This document shows, in pieces, positions 1 to 11,931 of a DNA stretch of 64,000 nucleotides (positions are counted from its first letter, which is position 1; every line of letters starts with the position of its first letter). This DNA comes from Amoeboaphelidium protococcarum X5. Taxonomy: Eukaryota > Fungi > Aphelidiomycota. A program made the translations under genes and the position numbers. The stretch is from assembly GCA_023515725.1 (NCBI GenBank), contig JALDTO010000156.1:62001-126000 (forward strand), in the 5' to 3' direction. Under the pieces are notes generated by a model. That model made no database searches and was not told the DNA's origin. It saw nothing but the letters and a program-made list of their open reading frames with translations.

Positions 1-2
1 TG

Positions 3-1145
3 AAGAAGTTGCGCGGTGATCCGTCAGATGCTGCCGAATTCTACTTGCGTGTCTTCCATCCAGCTTTCAATCTCGGCCCAGACTTTGATAGATCTCAGTC
101 AGTATACAACTCTATTCGTCTCAATAGATAAACCATGTACCCTCATCCTTACTCTGCACAGGACAATCAGTCTCAATCTAGAATCAGCTGCACCATGTCG
201 GTCACTGGTAGAGTTATCGAAGACGATATTACTGGAGACTATGCCACTTTGAAATAATAAGCCAACTTTCTGACCGAGAATCAGGAGAAATTATAAAGTA
301 TCAGGCTTGCCCTGAATTCGTATAAGAACAATATCGCTGTTGAAAAGTCCAGGGAAGTGAAGCGCCTCGTCCAGAAATTATAAGAATTAGTTCTACATGA
401 ATAAAAGCCGTCCTCTGACTCTACAGTGCCTGAAAGTTGTGAAGGTGGCCGAATTTGGTGTCATCTGCCTCATTGTCAAAATTGTAAATGGCTGACTGAG
501 TCGATCGCTGATCTGGGTGATTGTCTGTCCGATGTTGACGCGTCAGATAGGAATGTTATCCATGTGTATGACAGAATTATAGACTGGATTGGTGAATGGA
601 ACGACATTTTGTAGAATGAAGACTAGATGATGAAAAAGTATTTGAGTATTCAGAAAGAGGGAATCCAAATAGGTAAGGAGATGGAGCGCGGCATCAAATC
701 CAGATTTAAGTAACAGCGTGAATAGCGTTAGAATGAGTTGAATCGTCAAGATAAATCAGAGACTGAAAGCGTACGAATTGTCGGATCAGATCGATATGGT
801 ACGATGAGCATACCAAGATCTCAGCACTCCTCCGGATCTAAATCTGCTCTTTATAATCCGAATATTGAGACTGGTGGTACTTCTGCTGATGGTTAGATTT
901 CCACTTCACCCACGCCTGTTCACCTGTAACCAGTCCATGTGTTGTCGCGTCTATCCACGGTGTACAATGTTAATCATGCTGAGGTTAATCAGTGGATGCA
1001 TCGTTAAAGACAGATTGAATTTTTTGCCATGATAAAGACGCTCTGCAAAAGTGAATTCTAAAGAGCAGAGTAAAACTATTAGCTCTGGCGTTCGTGCATA
1101 GACAAGATTGAGTTTATTGAAAAGAATTTGACTTCTGGAATGTGA
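3..1145 (+). CDS. Sorting nexin SNX9/18/33-like protein, C-terminal BAR region (5' truncated by window)
   Basis: Frame open under table 6 to TGA 1143-1145. AAEFYLRVFHPAFNL, WCHLPHCQNCKWLT and LSTVYNVNHAEVNQW...IEFFAMIK resemble fungal SNX9/18-type PX-BAR C-termini. Confidence 0.6.
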
Positions 1146-1282
1146 GTTGACCTGTAATATTAAGAATATTGAGAATATATATTTAAGAGAAATGAAGTCT
1201 CTTGTTGAATATTTTCTATGGCAATAACAATGCTTAGTACTCTATTATGAAGAACACTTGTTCGCATGAGGTGGAACGGCAT

Positions 1283-1372
1283 AAATCCCTCACTGAAGGA
1301 AAAGCTTACGAGTCACCTGCCAATCAAGTCAAGCCAAACTGATCACAGCGAAATTGACGCAGTGAGGGATTT
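1283..1372. promoter_or_regulatory. 13-bp inverted repeat pair upstream of the metallothionein gene
   Basis: AAATCCCTCACTG (1283-1295) and CAGTGAGGGATTT (1360-1372) are exact reverse complements, ~200-280 bp upstream of the ATG; function is inferred only. Confidence 0.35.
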
Positions 1373-1567
1373 TCGCCAGTGATACAACGCAGATTCACAC
1401 GCGCGCTGTGCGGTATTTTTGCCAAATCAAACGATTTTCTAAAATCTGATAGTATTCTTCTTCTCTTCTCATCACAAGTTTCAAGTTTTTGAATAAATAC
1501 AATACTTTGAACTAATAACTATAGTCAGTAATAACAAGTCTATCTGATCAAGATCTAATTGAGCGAA

Positions 1568-2056
1568 ATGTCTTCATCAAAGTCTGATATTAAAGTGTGC
1601 AAGTGTGATGCTAGCTGTACCTGCCCTGGAAAGTCTGGTCAATCTTGTCCTTGTCCTGGTAAGGGGTAATCATCTTCATCGTCGTCTAGCGGTCCTACCA
1701 AGGCTTGTAAGGCTGGATGTTAGGGAGGTGAGAAATGTATCTGTGAGTCTGGCTGCCCTTGTGCTACTGGTAGTAAGTCGTAGTCTAAGAGTTGCTGCGG
1801 TGAAACATGCAAGTGTGGCGATAACTGCAAATGCGGCGATGCTTGTGAGTGCGGCGACAAGAAGTGTTGTGGCAGTAGTAAATGCAAATGTGGTGATAAC
1901 TGCCAGTGTGATGATGGCTGTGAGTGCGGAGATAAGAAGTGTTGCGGTGGCAGTAAGAAGTGCGGTGATAAGTGCAAATGTGGTGATAATTGCCAATGCG
2001 GAGATAGTTGCAAGTGCGGAGATGCTAAATGTGGTTCTGGCAAGTAATGCTGTTGA
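1568..2056 (+). CDS. Large modular metallothionein (162 aa, 40 Cys)
   Basis: MSSSKSDIKVCKCDASCTC...CCGETCKCGDNCKCGDACECGDKKCC...GSGKQCC*; CxC/CC motifs, no aromatic residues, repeated modules. Missed by the ORF track because of in-frame TAA/TAG. Confidence 0.9.
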
Positions 2057-2313
2057 TTTTTTAGCTAAATTTATGACATTGAAGTTGAATGAATATATTA
2101 TATTACACGATATTTTGATTTTTTGCTGTTTATATACACATTTTATTACTAAGCTCTTCAGCATTGAATAATCAATCAGACGGAATTCTCACGCTCCTCC
2201 ACCCTTTGAAACGATTGATAGACTACTGAATAGACAAGAATTTTACAATCTCAAAATCACACACATAGACGCGGCTAATAGAATAAACTTGGTATATAGT
2301 ATACAGAATATTT

Positions 2314-3606
2314 TCAAAGTGATTTCTCTAATTAAACTTTTATGATGAATGGCACATATAAGTGGAATTCTTATTCGCCTGAACCATCTTTTTGCATGAC
2401 ACATTTTATAGGGATCCAATGCGTTTAAAGATCACTAGCCGTGCAATTTACTTTAACTTTGCATTAGAATTTCACCAACTCCTCCACATCAGCATCCAAA
2501 GTGGGTTCCACAGTCAGTTAGGTGGTATTCAACTAGGTAATTTCAACGCACTGCAACAGCTAACTATTATCGGGATCATCTACACCGTCAATGCGTATTT
2601 AAAAAGTATACGTCGAGTTATTGGTCCAATATCCGCTAACATCAATTTCCTACTCACCCAATTTACTAAGTAAGTAAAAACCAGGATCAAGTTGCACGAA
2701 TGGATAATATTCCGACACTGTGCTTCGTATAGAATACAGGGATGACTATTATTATGATTGATTAGCGCGTACCTGCATCATTGAATTTGGCTTAAGAACC
2801 AACTTTTCGCATTGACAGCATCTTCTGCTTAATCTCAACTTCAATTACGCTGGCTGAGGATATAATTAATGATGCTTGTCACCTACAGTGCTATACTACA
2901 ACAATTAGTATGGGCCGATCTAACTATAAAGTGGCTGGCCCGAAGGATCATCTGTCTCACTCTTCAGTAAATCCTGATCAAAATACGAGTTTCCACTCGA
3001 TATTGATGATAACAAGTCATATTGATCATAGTCTACACTATCTAACTACCGCGTAACTTCTTCTACGCTCATTGACTGCATCTTAAACCAGTTGACTAAT
3101 CGCTCAACTTCCACTTTACGATCACTATTATCTGCTTGTTTAATCAATGAAGAATTATTGATTTCCTTCAGCTATTCCGCAATACTTTTGCAAGACTTAA
3201 TCCATTGCGTACTATTTACGTATTCATTCATTATAGTATTAGTGAGCCCGGTGACACTCTCTTTCAAAGTCGCGTCGAATTCCAAGTTACAAGCAGGACA
3301 TTAAATCTAAGAGCCACCAACAGCATCTTACACAGTGGGAATAACGTGAGCACCACATACGCAGCTAAAGCAAGATCTCGGACACTTCATACTAACAGGC
3401 ATCGCTGCATTACTGCTGGCATATGCAATGGAAGTCAGACTCGGTTCATACTGACACTGAGGACAGTAGAAAATGTGAGCGCTACTCTTATCAATCACCG
3501 TATCATCTTTATGCATAAGCAGATTGCAATCGCTGCAATAGAAAGCATCATATATAGATTCAATCTAACCGTTCGGTAGTTTCACAAAGTTCTCTAGCGT
3601 AATCAT
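2314..3606 (-). CDS. DCTN4: Dynactin subunit 4 (p62)
   Basis: 430-aa ORF with FYCSDC...FYCPQC...CPRSCFSC...CPAC zinc motifs and LYPQPAQLKLRLSRRCCQCEKLVLKP, matching the p62 pattern. Confidence 0.8.
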
Positions 3607-4249
3607 AATTATATTCAGACAGTTAACGCGCGTTCTGATAAAGAGCGGTCTCTGGCAATAACAATAGAGAAAAGTCACAATCAACCTCTGACCAAATAAA
3701 TAAAAAAAAAACACTCATTAAGTGTTAGTCTCAATATTGCTCACTGTACATGAGACTGAAATATTCTTTTGATAAAAGTAGGAAATAAGCCACAACATCG
3801 CAGTGCCAAAATAGTTGAATTTCGTCAGAGAACAGACAGTTATAGCTCTGTGTGAATCCGATTATTCTACAAAATTTTGTCTCTTTAACTGCAGCAAATA
3901 TATACTTAGTCTTTTAAGGTAAAGGTTAGAGAGAGAGTCAAGTGAATATGAGATTTAACAGGTATACTGTACTTACAGTTGCTTCAGCTCTTGTCTGAGT
4001 GATAAGAAGAGCGAGTGAGAGAGTGAAACGCGTCAACGCGGTTTCCGCTCAGCATAAAATCCATTCATGATCAATTGTAGGATGAGGGGGATGATTATAC
4101 AAAAAATCTGCTGCAATAGGCGTTTATTATTCTCATCACGACGCTAAAGACAGCAGCGCCTAGTTCAAAGAATATGCTGCAATGCTAACTTCAACTAATA
4201 TTACTTGGAATACGACAACTTTATAATAAACATTCAATCTCTCTATAAC

Positions 4250-4753
4250 TCAACGGTCAACCTTTTCAATCGTCTTTTCATCTAGCGATTCCATATTCAT
4301 TGCGGCAGTAGTTAAGAGCTCCATGATTTCCTAGTGATTGTCTCTCATCAATTTTCTGATGCCATCTATTGTGTTCCCAATTCCATCAAATTTGTTCTCA
4401 ATTCCCACAAATTTGCCATCAAACTTGCTTTCCATTGCATCAAACCTGAAATCAAACTTGCTTTCCATTGCATCAAGCCTGGCATCAAATTTAGCGCTAA
4501 ATCTATCAAAATTGGCGTCAAATTTATCAAATCGGGCACTAAAATGAGCGTCGAATTAGTCCAATCTCCGGCCGACTGTATAACCGGTTAGAGCGCCCCA
4601 AATCCCAATTATGCCTATTATTGTGATGAAATCTGCGTTTCTATATATCATCTACCTAAGACGAGAATTTTTGAGTAATCTATCGCCATTAGTACCCGTA
4701 GAATAGCTGCACTATTTCAGTAATTTTGCACAGACATTGTGGCGCTTAATCAT
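4250..4753 (-). CDS. Small single-TM coiled-coil protein with 11-residue FD repeats, possibly mitochondrial
   Basis: 167-aa ORF: basic N-terminus, TM (FITIIGIIGIWGALTGYTV), repeats FDARLDAMESK/FDFRFDAMESK/FDGKFVGIENK. Confidence 0.65.
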
Positions 4754-5222
4754 AATGTATCTTGCCCGAAAATGGAAATTTCGCTCAGGGAAGTAGAAAG
4801 ATTTTGATAATTTTTCGATTTGAACACGCGTTGGAGCAATATGTTGCTGGAACGAAAATTTGACTTTTAAAATATATCAAATCTCAAGTTACGCTAACCG
4901 GCACAGACTCTAAAGGGTAGTCGAAACAATGTCCATTTCCCTATGTTACATACGCCAAGAACAGGAAGATCAAATTCAAAATTATGAGAGTTACGAGGGA
5001 TTGATCACACGCTAATAAAGATATAGAGCGAGAACTGGTTGTTTGTAGCCGGTCCTATCATTGAGCTAAAAGCGAGGCGCGTTCCCACACGATCGATTTT
5101 ATGAGTTCGATGCCCCCTCTCTCGGCTGCTTATAACTACGGCGATCACTTCACTCACCGCAGTCTCGTACAAAACTTTGTGAAGGAGAATAACAGTCGCT
5201 GAACTTTAGACATACATTTATT

Positions 5223-6305
5223 ATGGCTGTAATTACTGACGCGTTTGTTAATCTTGGATTCGCTACTGAAAAGGTGTTGGACAGGCTGGTTGGAGGAGAG
5301 GTGGAAATGGCTCTGCAACAGTAACTAAAAGCTCTGTTTCCTTCTGCTTATGCTTCAGTGTCCCAGGTACTCGAGCAGAACCGATCTATTCATGTTGACC
5401 ATCTGCCTCTTATGAATCCTTTGCATGTTGGCATTCTCATTGCCACGTACTTGAGCATTGTGTTTGGCGGCAAGTGGTTGACTCAACTATGGTTAAGTCC
5501 CGCTGACAAGCCTAATGTTGGTATTCTGGTTAAAGCTCATAATCTGTTTCTACTAGCATTGTCCATGTATATGGCACTCAATGTCGGGTATGAAGCATTT
5601 GTTAATCGCGGCTATTCCCTCTTTAATAATCCTAGTGAGGAGGTGCATGCAGCTCGCGGTCTGTCCAAGGCATTGTGGCTGTTCTACTTCAGCAAGGTGT
5701 TTGAGTTTATGGACACGTTCATTATGGTTCTGAAGTAGAACTGGCGTCAAATATCCTTCTTGCATCTGTATCATCATGCTAGTATTTTCGCAGTGTGGTG
5801 GCTAACTATCTTTGTCGCTCCTACGGGAGAGGCGTACTTTAGTGCCATCCTCAACTCTCTGATTCATGTTGTCATGTACGGTTACTACTTCCTGTCTGCT
5901 TGTGGATATGGTAAGCCGGAGAAGAAGGATGTCATTAGTTAGATGGTGAAAACGGTGAAGCCATACATCACTTTAGGCCAGATGACCCAGTTTTGTTGTA
6001 TGATGTTCCAAGCTACCTATGACATTTCCATGGCCACCGTGTTCTAATCTCCGGGTGATGCACGTTCTCAGCTGCCACTACACTCCCAGAGACTGCAGGA
6101 TGATGGCACCTACCGCACGGGAACGTTTGCCTACCCTCTCGGATTGACTGTGATGTTGTGGGTGTACATGTGGACAATGTTGGCTCTGTTTGGAAACTTT
6201 TACGTGAAGAATTACGGCTAGGAGAAGACCGCCAAGATTGTACAAAAGTCTTCAAAGTTGGCATCTTCTACCAATGAAGGTCGTAAAATCGAGAAGGAAG
6301 AATGA
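5223..6305 (+). CDS. ELO-family fatty acid elongase, delta-6 PUFA elongase (Mortierella GLELO)-like
   Basis: LPLMNPLHV, SKVFEFMDTFIMVLK, FLHLYHH histidine box, GEAYFSAILNSLIHVVMYGYY, ITLGQMTQF; 360 aa. Confidence 0.92.
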
Positions 6306-6430
6306 GCATCACAATTGAATTGAAATGTTCATTAGGATAGTGAAAGTGATACAGTTTTTGAGACATACAGTATCAAGCAATATATACTTTTTGTATCTTG
6401 ACTATTACCAAGTTCTCCTATCAATATAGA

Positions 6431-7861
6431 TCAAATTTGCTTTGGTTTCCACCAAGGATGCGGTTTACCATCCCATCCGACAGTCATCAATTTTCTGACT
6501 GTATTTTATTCATCCCTGGAGCCATCTGCCTCGGTAGGTTTTTAAGATGATGAAGGAAGCCAATCGGTGAGAGCACAACGGGATAGTTAAGCCATTACTG
6601 CATCCATTAAAACAAGGGCGGCCATTGATTCCACAATAGCAACTGCTCGTGGTACCACACACGGATCATGTCTACCCTTGTTCTCAAGTATTGACATTGA
6701 ATCATCGCCACTATCATCAACACCTAGTGATGTCTTGTTGTACTACGCCGTCTGCTGGGGAAGTGCTATAGTCGCGGGCGGCTTAAATCCAACTTTGAAG
6801 TAGATAGTTTCGCCATTACTGATACCACCCTATACGCCACCGCTTTTGTTTGTAGAGGTGCCCAATCTAGTACCGTTCAACTCTGGTCTACCACAGCGAC
6901 CCGTATGATCATCCTAAAGTTCAAACATATCATTGTGTTGAGATCCAAAGCTTGCTGCACCAGCAAATCCACTACCAATCTCAAACGCCTTCGTAGATGG
7001 TATGGACAGCATAGCATGTGCCAACACTGCCTCCAATTTATCAAAAGCGGGCTCACCTAGACCACAAGGAGCATTTCTAATTATGCAAGTGATTGTGCCA
7101 CCGACAGAATCCTTGTTCTACTTCTGCTGCAAGATCAACTGACGCATCAGATCAGATGACTCCTAGTGTGGACACCTAGTATCAAATTTGTCGACATCTT
7201 CCCGGGTCAATACTGCCTGTTGATTGCCATTGATGTACTTATCCACCTGCTCCTACGGTATGTGTATTTATCCAACAGATGATACAAAGGCCACAATGTC
7301 TATTCCCAATTGCTTCAGGTACAACTCAGCGACGGCACCTGCAGCAACGCGTCCAATAGTCTCCCTCGCACTAGACCGTCCGCCGCCAGAACTTGCCTTG
7401 ACACCATACTTTTCCAAATATGTGAGATCGGCATGACTTGGCCGTGGCATCTACTCCATTGCTGAAGTTAATTTTTACTTTTGCTGTTACGACTGTTACT
7501 ATTGCACACTTGTCGAAGGAGTCTATGATGATGACGAACCATCAGCGGAAGAAGTAGTAGCAGCATCTTGCTTCTAACCGGAGTAGTCTTAGGGACGCTA
7601 ATCTCGATTCCAAACCATCATGCAGAGAGGTGTACCAAGTGTCAATCCAGCCTCAGTTCCAGACATAATTTCCACCTGATCATACTCATTACGCGGCGTA
7701 CTCAGATCCGACTGGCCAGGACGTCTTCTAGACAACTGCTTCTACACATCGCTAGCACTCAACTCCATACCTGGTGGCGGGGAGTCTACAATAACACCCA
7801 CAGCCTTACAGTGAGACTCTCCAAAGGTGGTGACGCGAAAGTATTTCCCAAATGTTGACAT
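6431..7861 (-). CDS. ARO2: Chorismate synthase
   Basis: [61 protein letters not shown]; 476 aa including a Q/S-rich insert. Confidence 0.96.
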
Positions 7862-8047
7862 ATCCTTGTTATTATTAGCGTTGCGCTACGTGTTGAAATT
7901 TTGATTATTCAATGAAGAGACGCCTGAAGAATGGAGCGACAATGCAAGATCAAAGGCTCGAGAACTAGTTGGCTTACGATATACAACAAGAGCAATAGAA
8001 TATTAAACAGTGAAGATAAAAAATTAAATTTATACCAGAGATGACAG

Positions 8048-9556
8048 TCATTATTTAGTCAACACTGCTATCAAAGTTTCAAATGGAATCTATGAGAGGT
8101 AATCAGTCTTGGTGTCGAATTGAAACAACTCATCAGTTTCTTCAATCACCAGATAACTTTACTGCTTTTGAGACGGTTATAAATTCTTCTATCTAGATGC
8201 CACTTTCTTCTAATCAGATATAGACAATATATCATTATTATGGAAAGACTTGTCACTATCTTTATCTATAACTTGATTTAGCTCTTAAGTAGGTGGAACA
8301 ACATCGGCGCTAGAGTTAGAACTGGACACCACAGGCTACTAAGTTGATAGTAGAGGATTCTATTACTAAATAGATGCCTAGTAATTGGTATTAGCACGTC
8401 CATCGACACCTAAATTCATACGCTTCTATTTCTAGACATCTACATCCACGGCATTCTAGTTTAAGTCATCTTCTCTAGATCTCTTTATAGAAGGGATCGA
8501 TTTAATTTAGGATTCCGCAGTAGATACCGAGCCATTGACACTACTTTGGTCAAGTTGTCGCGGAGCCTAATTATTCATGACATGACTTTAGATCTGTTAC
8601 TACTACAACTATTGTTATTATTATTGCATCTATGATAATGTATGAGAGGAGGACGCGGAAGATTAAGAGGTGGCTGTTGATACATTGGACGATTTACGCT
8701 ACTACTGCTTCTTCAACAGCAAATCCTTGACGAAATTCTCCGCTTCGCCATACAGCAATTCGTAAGATTACACCAGCTTGTCCAGCAAGACTGCATTGAC
8801 AATGTAAATGCTAGCAGGAATCAGTTCCAACTAATGTGCCATAACAACCCAAATCTTTTGCAATTTGTCAACATTAACAGCGCATCCATGTAGAAAAGAT
8901 GGCTCAATCTACGATTTTTAATAGATCTTTTGCCATTTGAGGAGACTATCACGCAAAGGACGCAACTTGCTCTGTATTAGAGTCTATTCATTAGCCGGTA
9001 GTCCAATCTAGACTTTCAATTTGGACCCGTCTGATAAAGTGACAGATTATTATCCGCTTTGATTAAGCTCCAACTTGACCAAATTTAGATCAATCAGCGG
9101 CGTCTAGACTATTGGGGCTTAAGGTTGCGGCTATGAAGTTTACTGTTATTATTAGGATGACTAATTATTATTATATATCTGCGTCTAAGAAGGCATAAAT
9201 TAAGACTTATTTTAAATGCTATTAGACATGGCGAGGTCAGGCGCCGCTGTTGTACCTACGCCACCACCGTTACTGCTACTACCATGACTACTACCATTAA
9301 CATTTGAAGGCTATTAAACCGACGACAATTTCTAAGTGGCTCGCTGAACAATACTAGTAATTTTATCAGTAATCTACTTGAGATACTATTACTTTACCAG
9401 ACCGCACTGACTGAAAGCATCTTGTTCTATTTTCTGAGCAACTTTCATAATATTATCCAGCGGCAGAGTCTAGCCAAAATGCTACTACAACCTCTAAACC
9501 ATCTACAAGAGAATAGATTTTCGATCGCTTTAAGAAACTGGTGGTACTGAAGACAT
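8048..9556 (-). CDS. Gln-rich protein with N-terminal KIX-like domain, Mediator subunit Med15/Gal11-like
   Basis: 502-aa ORF; N-terminus ...DNIMKVAQKIEQDAFSQCGLVKQQYLKQITDKI resembles the Med15 KIX domain; long poly-Q tracts of TAA/TAG/CAG. Confidence 0.5.
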
Positions 9557-10103
9557 CTTTGTGCTGATACAGGTCAAAATATGATTAGATTATGATTGAA
9601 TTACCTGTAGATGTTTGATCTTGGCAAGACTTTCGGTAGTAAAAAGGAAAAGAACGCGAACGATTAGATGAGCTTTCCTCTCACTTCAAACTAGTGGTAA
9701 AGTATAAATGTATGCACCATCTATTTGAGCCATTAAAAAATTACTTCAAACAATGGATAAGTGATAGATTAGTCAATAAGGGGATTTGAGAATATATTCA
9801 TTGTTTCACCTTATCATCATTCACTCTCATCAATAACAGTAACAAGATGTGATGTGATGTGATAATGCGAGATGAATCAGTACGCGCGTGAATCTCAAAG
9901 TTGTCGAAACAACAACGATGACTGGCGACGCGCGCTCTCTCTCAGTCTCTCTCTTTTCCATTGTCACTTTTACTGTCTATCTGTCATTAGTTTGGTTGTA
10001 ACTAGTAATTTCCCGTATTATATAACTGTCTTTTTATAATTGACACTTCTTAGTCTTTAATTCAATTCGTAAAGGCAATATACATCATTTATCATCTGAC
10101 AGT

Positions 10104-11699
10104 ATGTTATCTGCAAATAGACCGCATGAAAGTTATGCTGCTGCCGTCCACGATGCCCCTCCTCAGCCTATCCCTGGTACCAGTAAGCTGGCAGGCTAGA
10201 AGGATATGAGCTCATCCTCTTCATCCTCCTCTGATGGAAGTGCCACTCCATAGTAATTTCAGAAGGATGGCTTGAATCAAGACCTTGATATGATGATCGA
10301 GAACAACACTCAGATTATTGAGATGAACACTGTTGAAGTGAGCTATCAGATTGGTTTGCCGTAACAGGATGAGAATCTGTCTCTGTGGTAGGATTTCTAT
10401 GGTGAGACGATTAGCTATGCCAATTTCTTAATCTCCCTCACCACTGAATTGTATGAGATGGTTTCCGAATGGTGGTCTGGTTTGCTAGTGGACAATGTAC
10501 CTGGTATGCGTGATGTTTTGGAATAGTCTACCAAGGATTTGAGTCTGTGGGAAGGTGCATGGAGATGGTCTTTTATTAATCTGTTTGGGCCTTTGCGTGT
10601 TATGTACTCTCTGCTGGCTCAATATGCTCGCAATAATCCTACAAGAGGTCCTATTCTTATTTGGACATTGGCTCTGGCTTCTACTCCAATTTTGATTGCT
10701 TCAGTTGCCGCATTGTCTGTTATTGGCTGGACTTTGGCTGTGTCTTCTGTCATTTTAGGCCTGTCTGTTGGTGGATGGCTGTTGTTTTCATCCACTGCTC
10801 TGTTCTGGTCTTTTATTGGAGCGGCTGGTTTGATGTCCTCGTACTGGATTACGATGTATGTTATGAAGTAGTCTAAGCGTCTGGTCGGTAATGTTCTCGG
10901 TTTTGCTTCTGAAGCTGAAGATAAGCTGTCTAGCCGTGTGTCTCAGGTTCGTGATCAGGTTAAAGGAAAGCTGTAAGAAGGTTATGAAGATGTGAAGGAG
11001 AGTTCTGCCCAGTTGGCTTCCAAGGTTAGAAATCAGTCTTCAGAATTAGCTAGTGAGTTTGCATCCAAAGTTTAGGAGTCCTTCCCACAAGCAACAGAAA
11101 CTGTCCAGTCTGCTGCGTCTGATGTGAAAGACTATGCTCAAGATGTGGCTGGCAAAGTTTAGCGCGATGGATTAGTAGCTGGTGCATAGAAAGTTGCAGG
11201 TGACGCTGGATAGCAAGCTTAGGATCTATCCAAGTAAGCCCGCGATGCTGCTTCTGAGAAGGTGAATGAGCTAGGTGAAAAGGCTCGCGAGACTTTCCCA
11301 AAGACTGCAGATGCTTTGCAAACAGTCTCTGATGATGCAAAAGACATGAAGGATTCTGCAGTAGAGACTGTCAGTGATTTGGCGGGTAAAGCAGCTGATC
11401 TTGCTTCTGAGAAAAAGGATTATGCTTTGGACAAGGCTGAAGATTTTGTCAGTGTCGGTGCTCAGAAGGTTTCAGATGCTTCGTCCAACTTGAACAGTAA
11501 GTCTGCCCAATTCAAGGATAGTGCAATTGATCTGCTGGAGAAGAGCAAGTCTGATAGTTTGAGCAGCGGTGGTGAGGATTTGGATGAGAATGATTATCAT
11601 GATGTCAAGCCGTTACAGGAAGAGAGTTTGGGCGAAGAGGCTCAGCACAAGGTTGAGGAGCTGCACAGTCACCATGCAAAAGTCATTCGTCTAGCTTGA
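10104..11699 (+). CDS. Putative lipid-droplet protein: promethin/LDAF1-like hydrophobic hairpin plus LEA/apolipoprotein-like repeats
   Basis: 531-aa ORF joining track ORFs 10539 and 11262; ~70-aa uninterrupted hydrophobic segment, then A/D/K/S/Q-rich amphipathic repeats (ESFPQATETVQ / ETFPKTADALQ). Confidence 0.6.
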
Positions 11700-11931
11700 T
11701 CTTGTAATTGAATATTAATAATGAAGTCCTGAGGTAATATTATATCGGTATTGTAATTCACAATTATCTCTTTCTTACCATCCACTTTTAGTTGTAGCAA
11801 CAGATTTTTAGATCATCACGCGTTGTTTCACTCTTGTCGCGTCGAATGCTCTTTCTGTTACAGAGAAGGTCGCTCCATCATTTCTCAACTTAAGTGCTAG
11901 AAGAAGAAGATAGAGTGTACTTTTGAGCAAA

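Noticed and set aside
1605-2171. Track ORFs 1605-2171(+), 1676-2164(-), 1720-2043(-), and a CRISPR-like reading of the repeats
   Set aside because: They are shadow frames of the metallothionein's coding repeats; there is no repeat-spacer structure and no cas gene.
8200-9400. TTA/CTA/TAA trinucleotide runs as non-coding microsatellites (also ~27960)
   Set aside because: They are poly-Gln/Asn coding tracts within table-6 ORFs.
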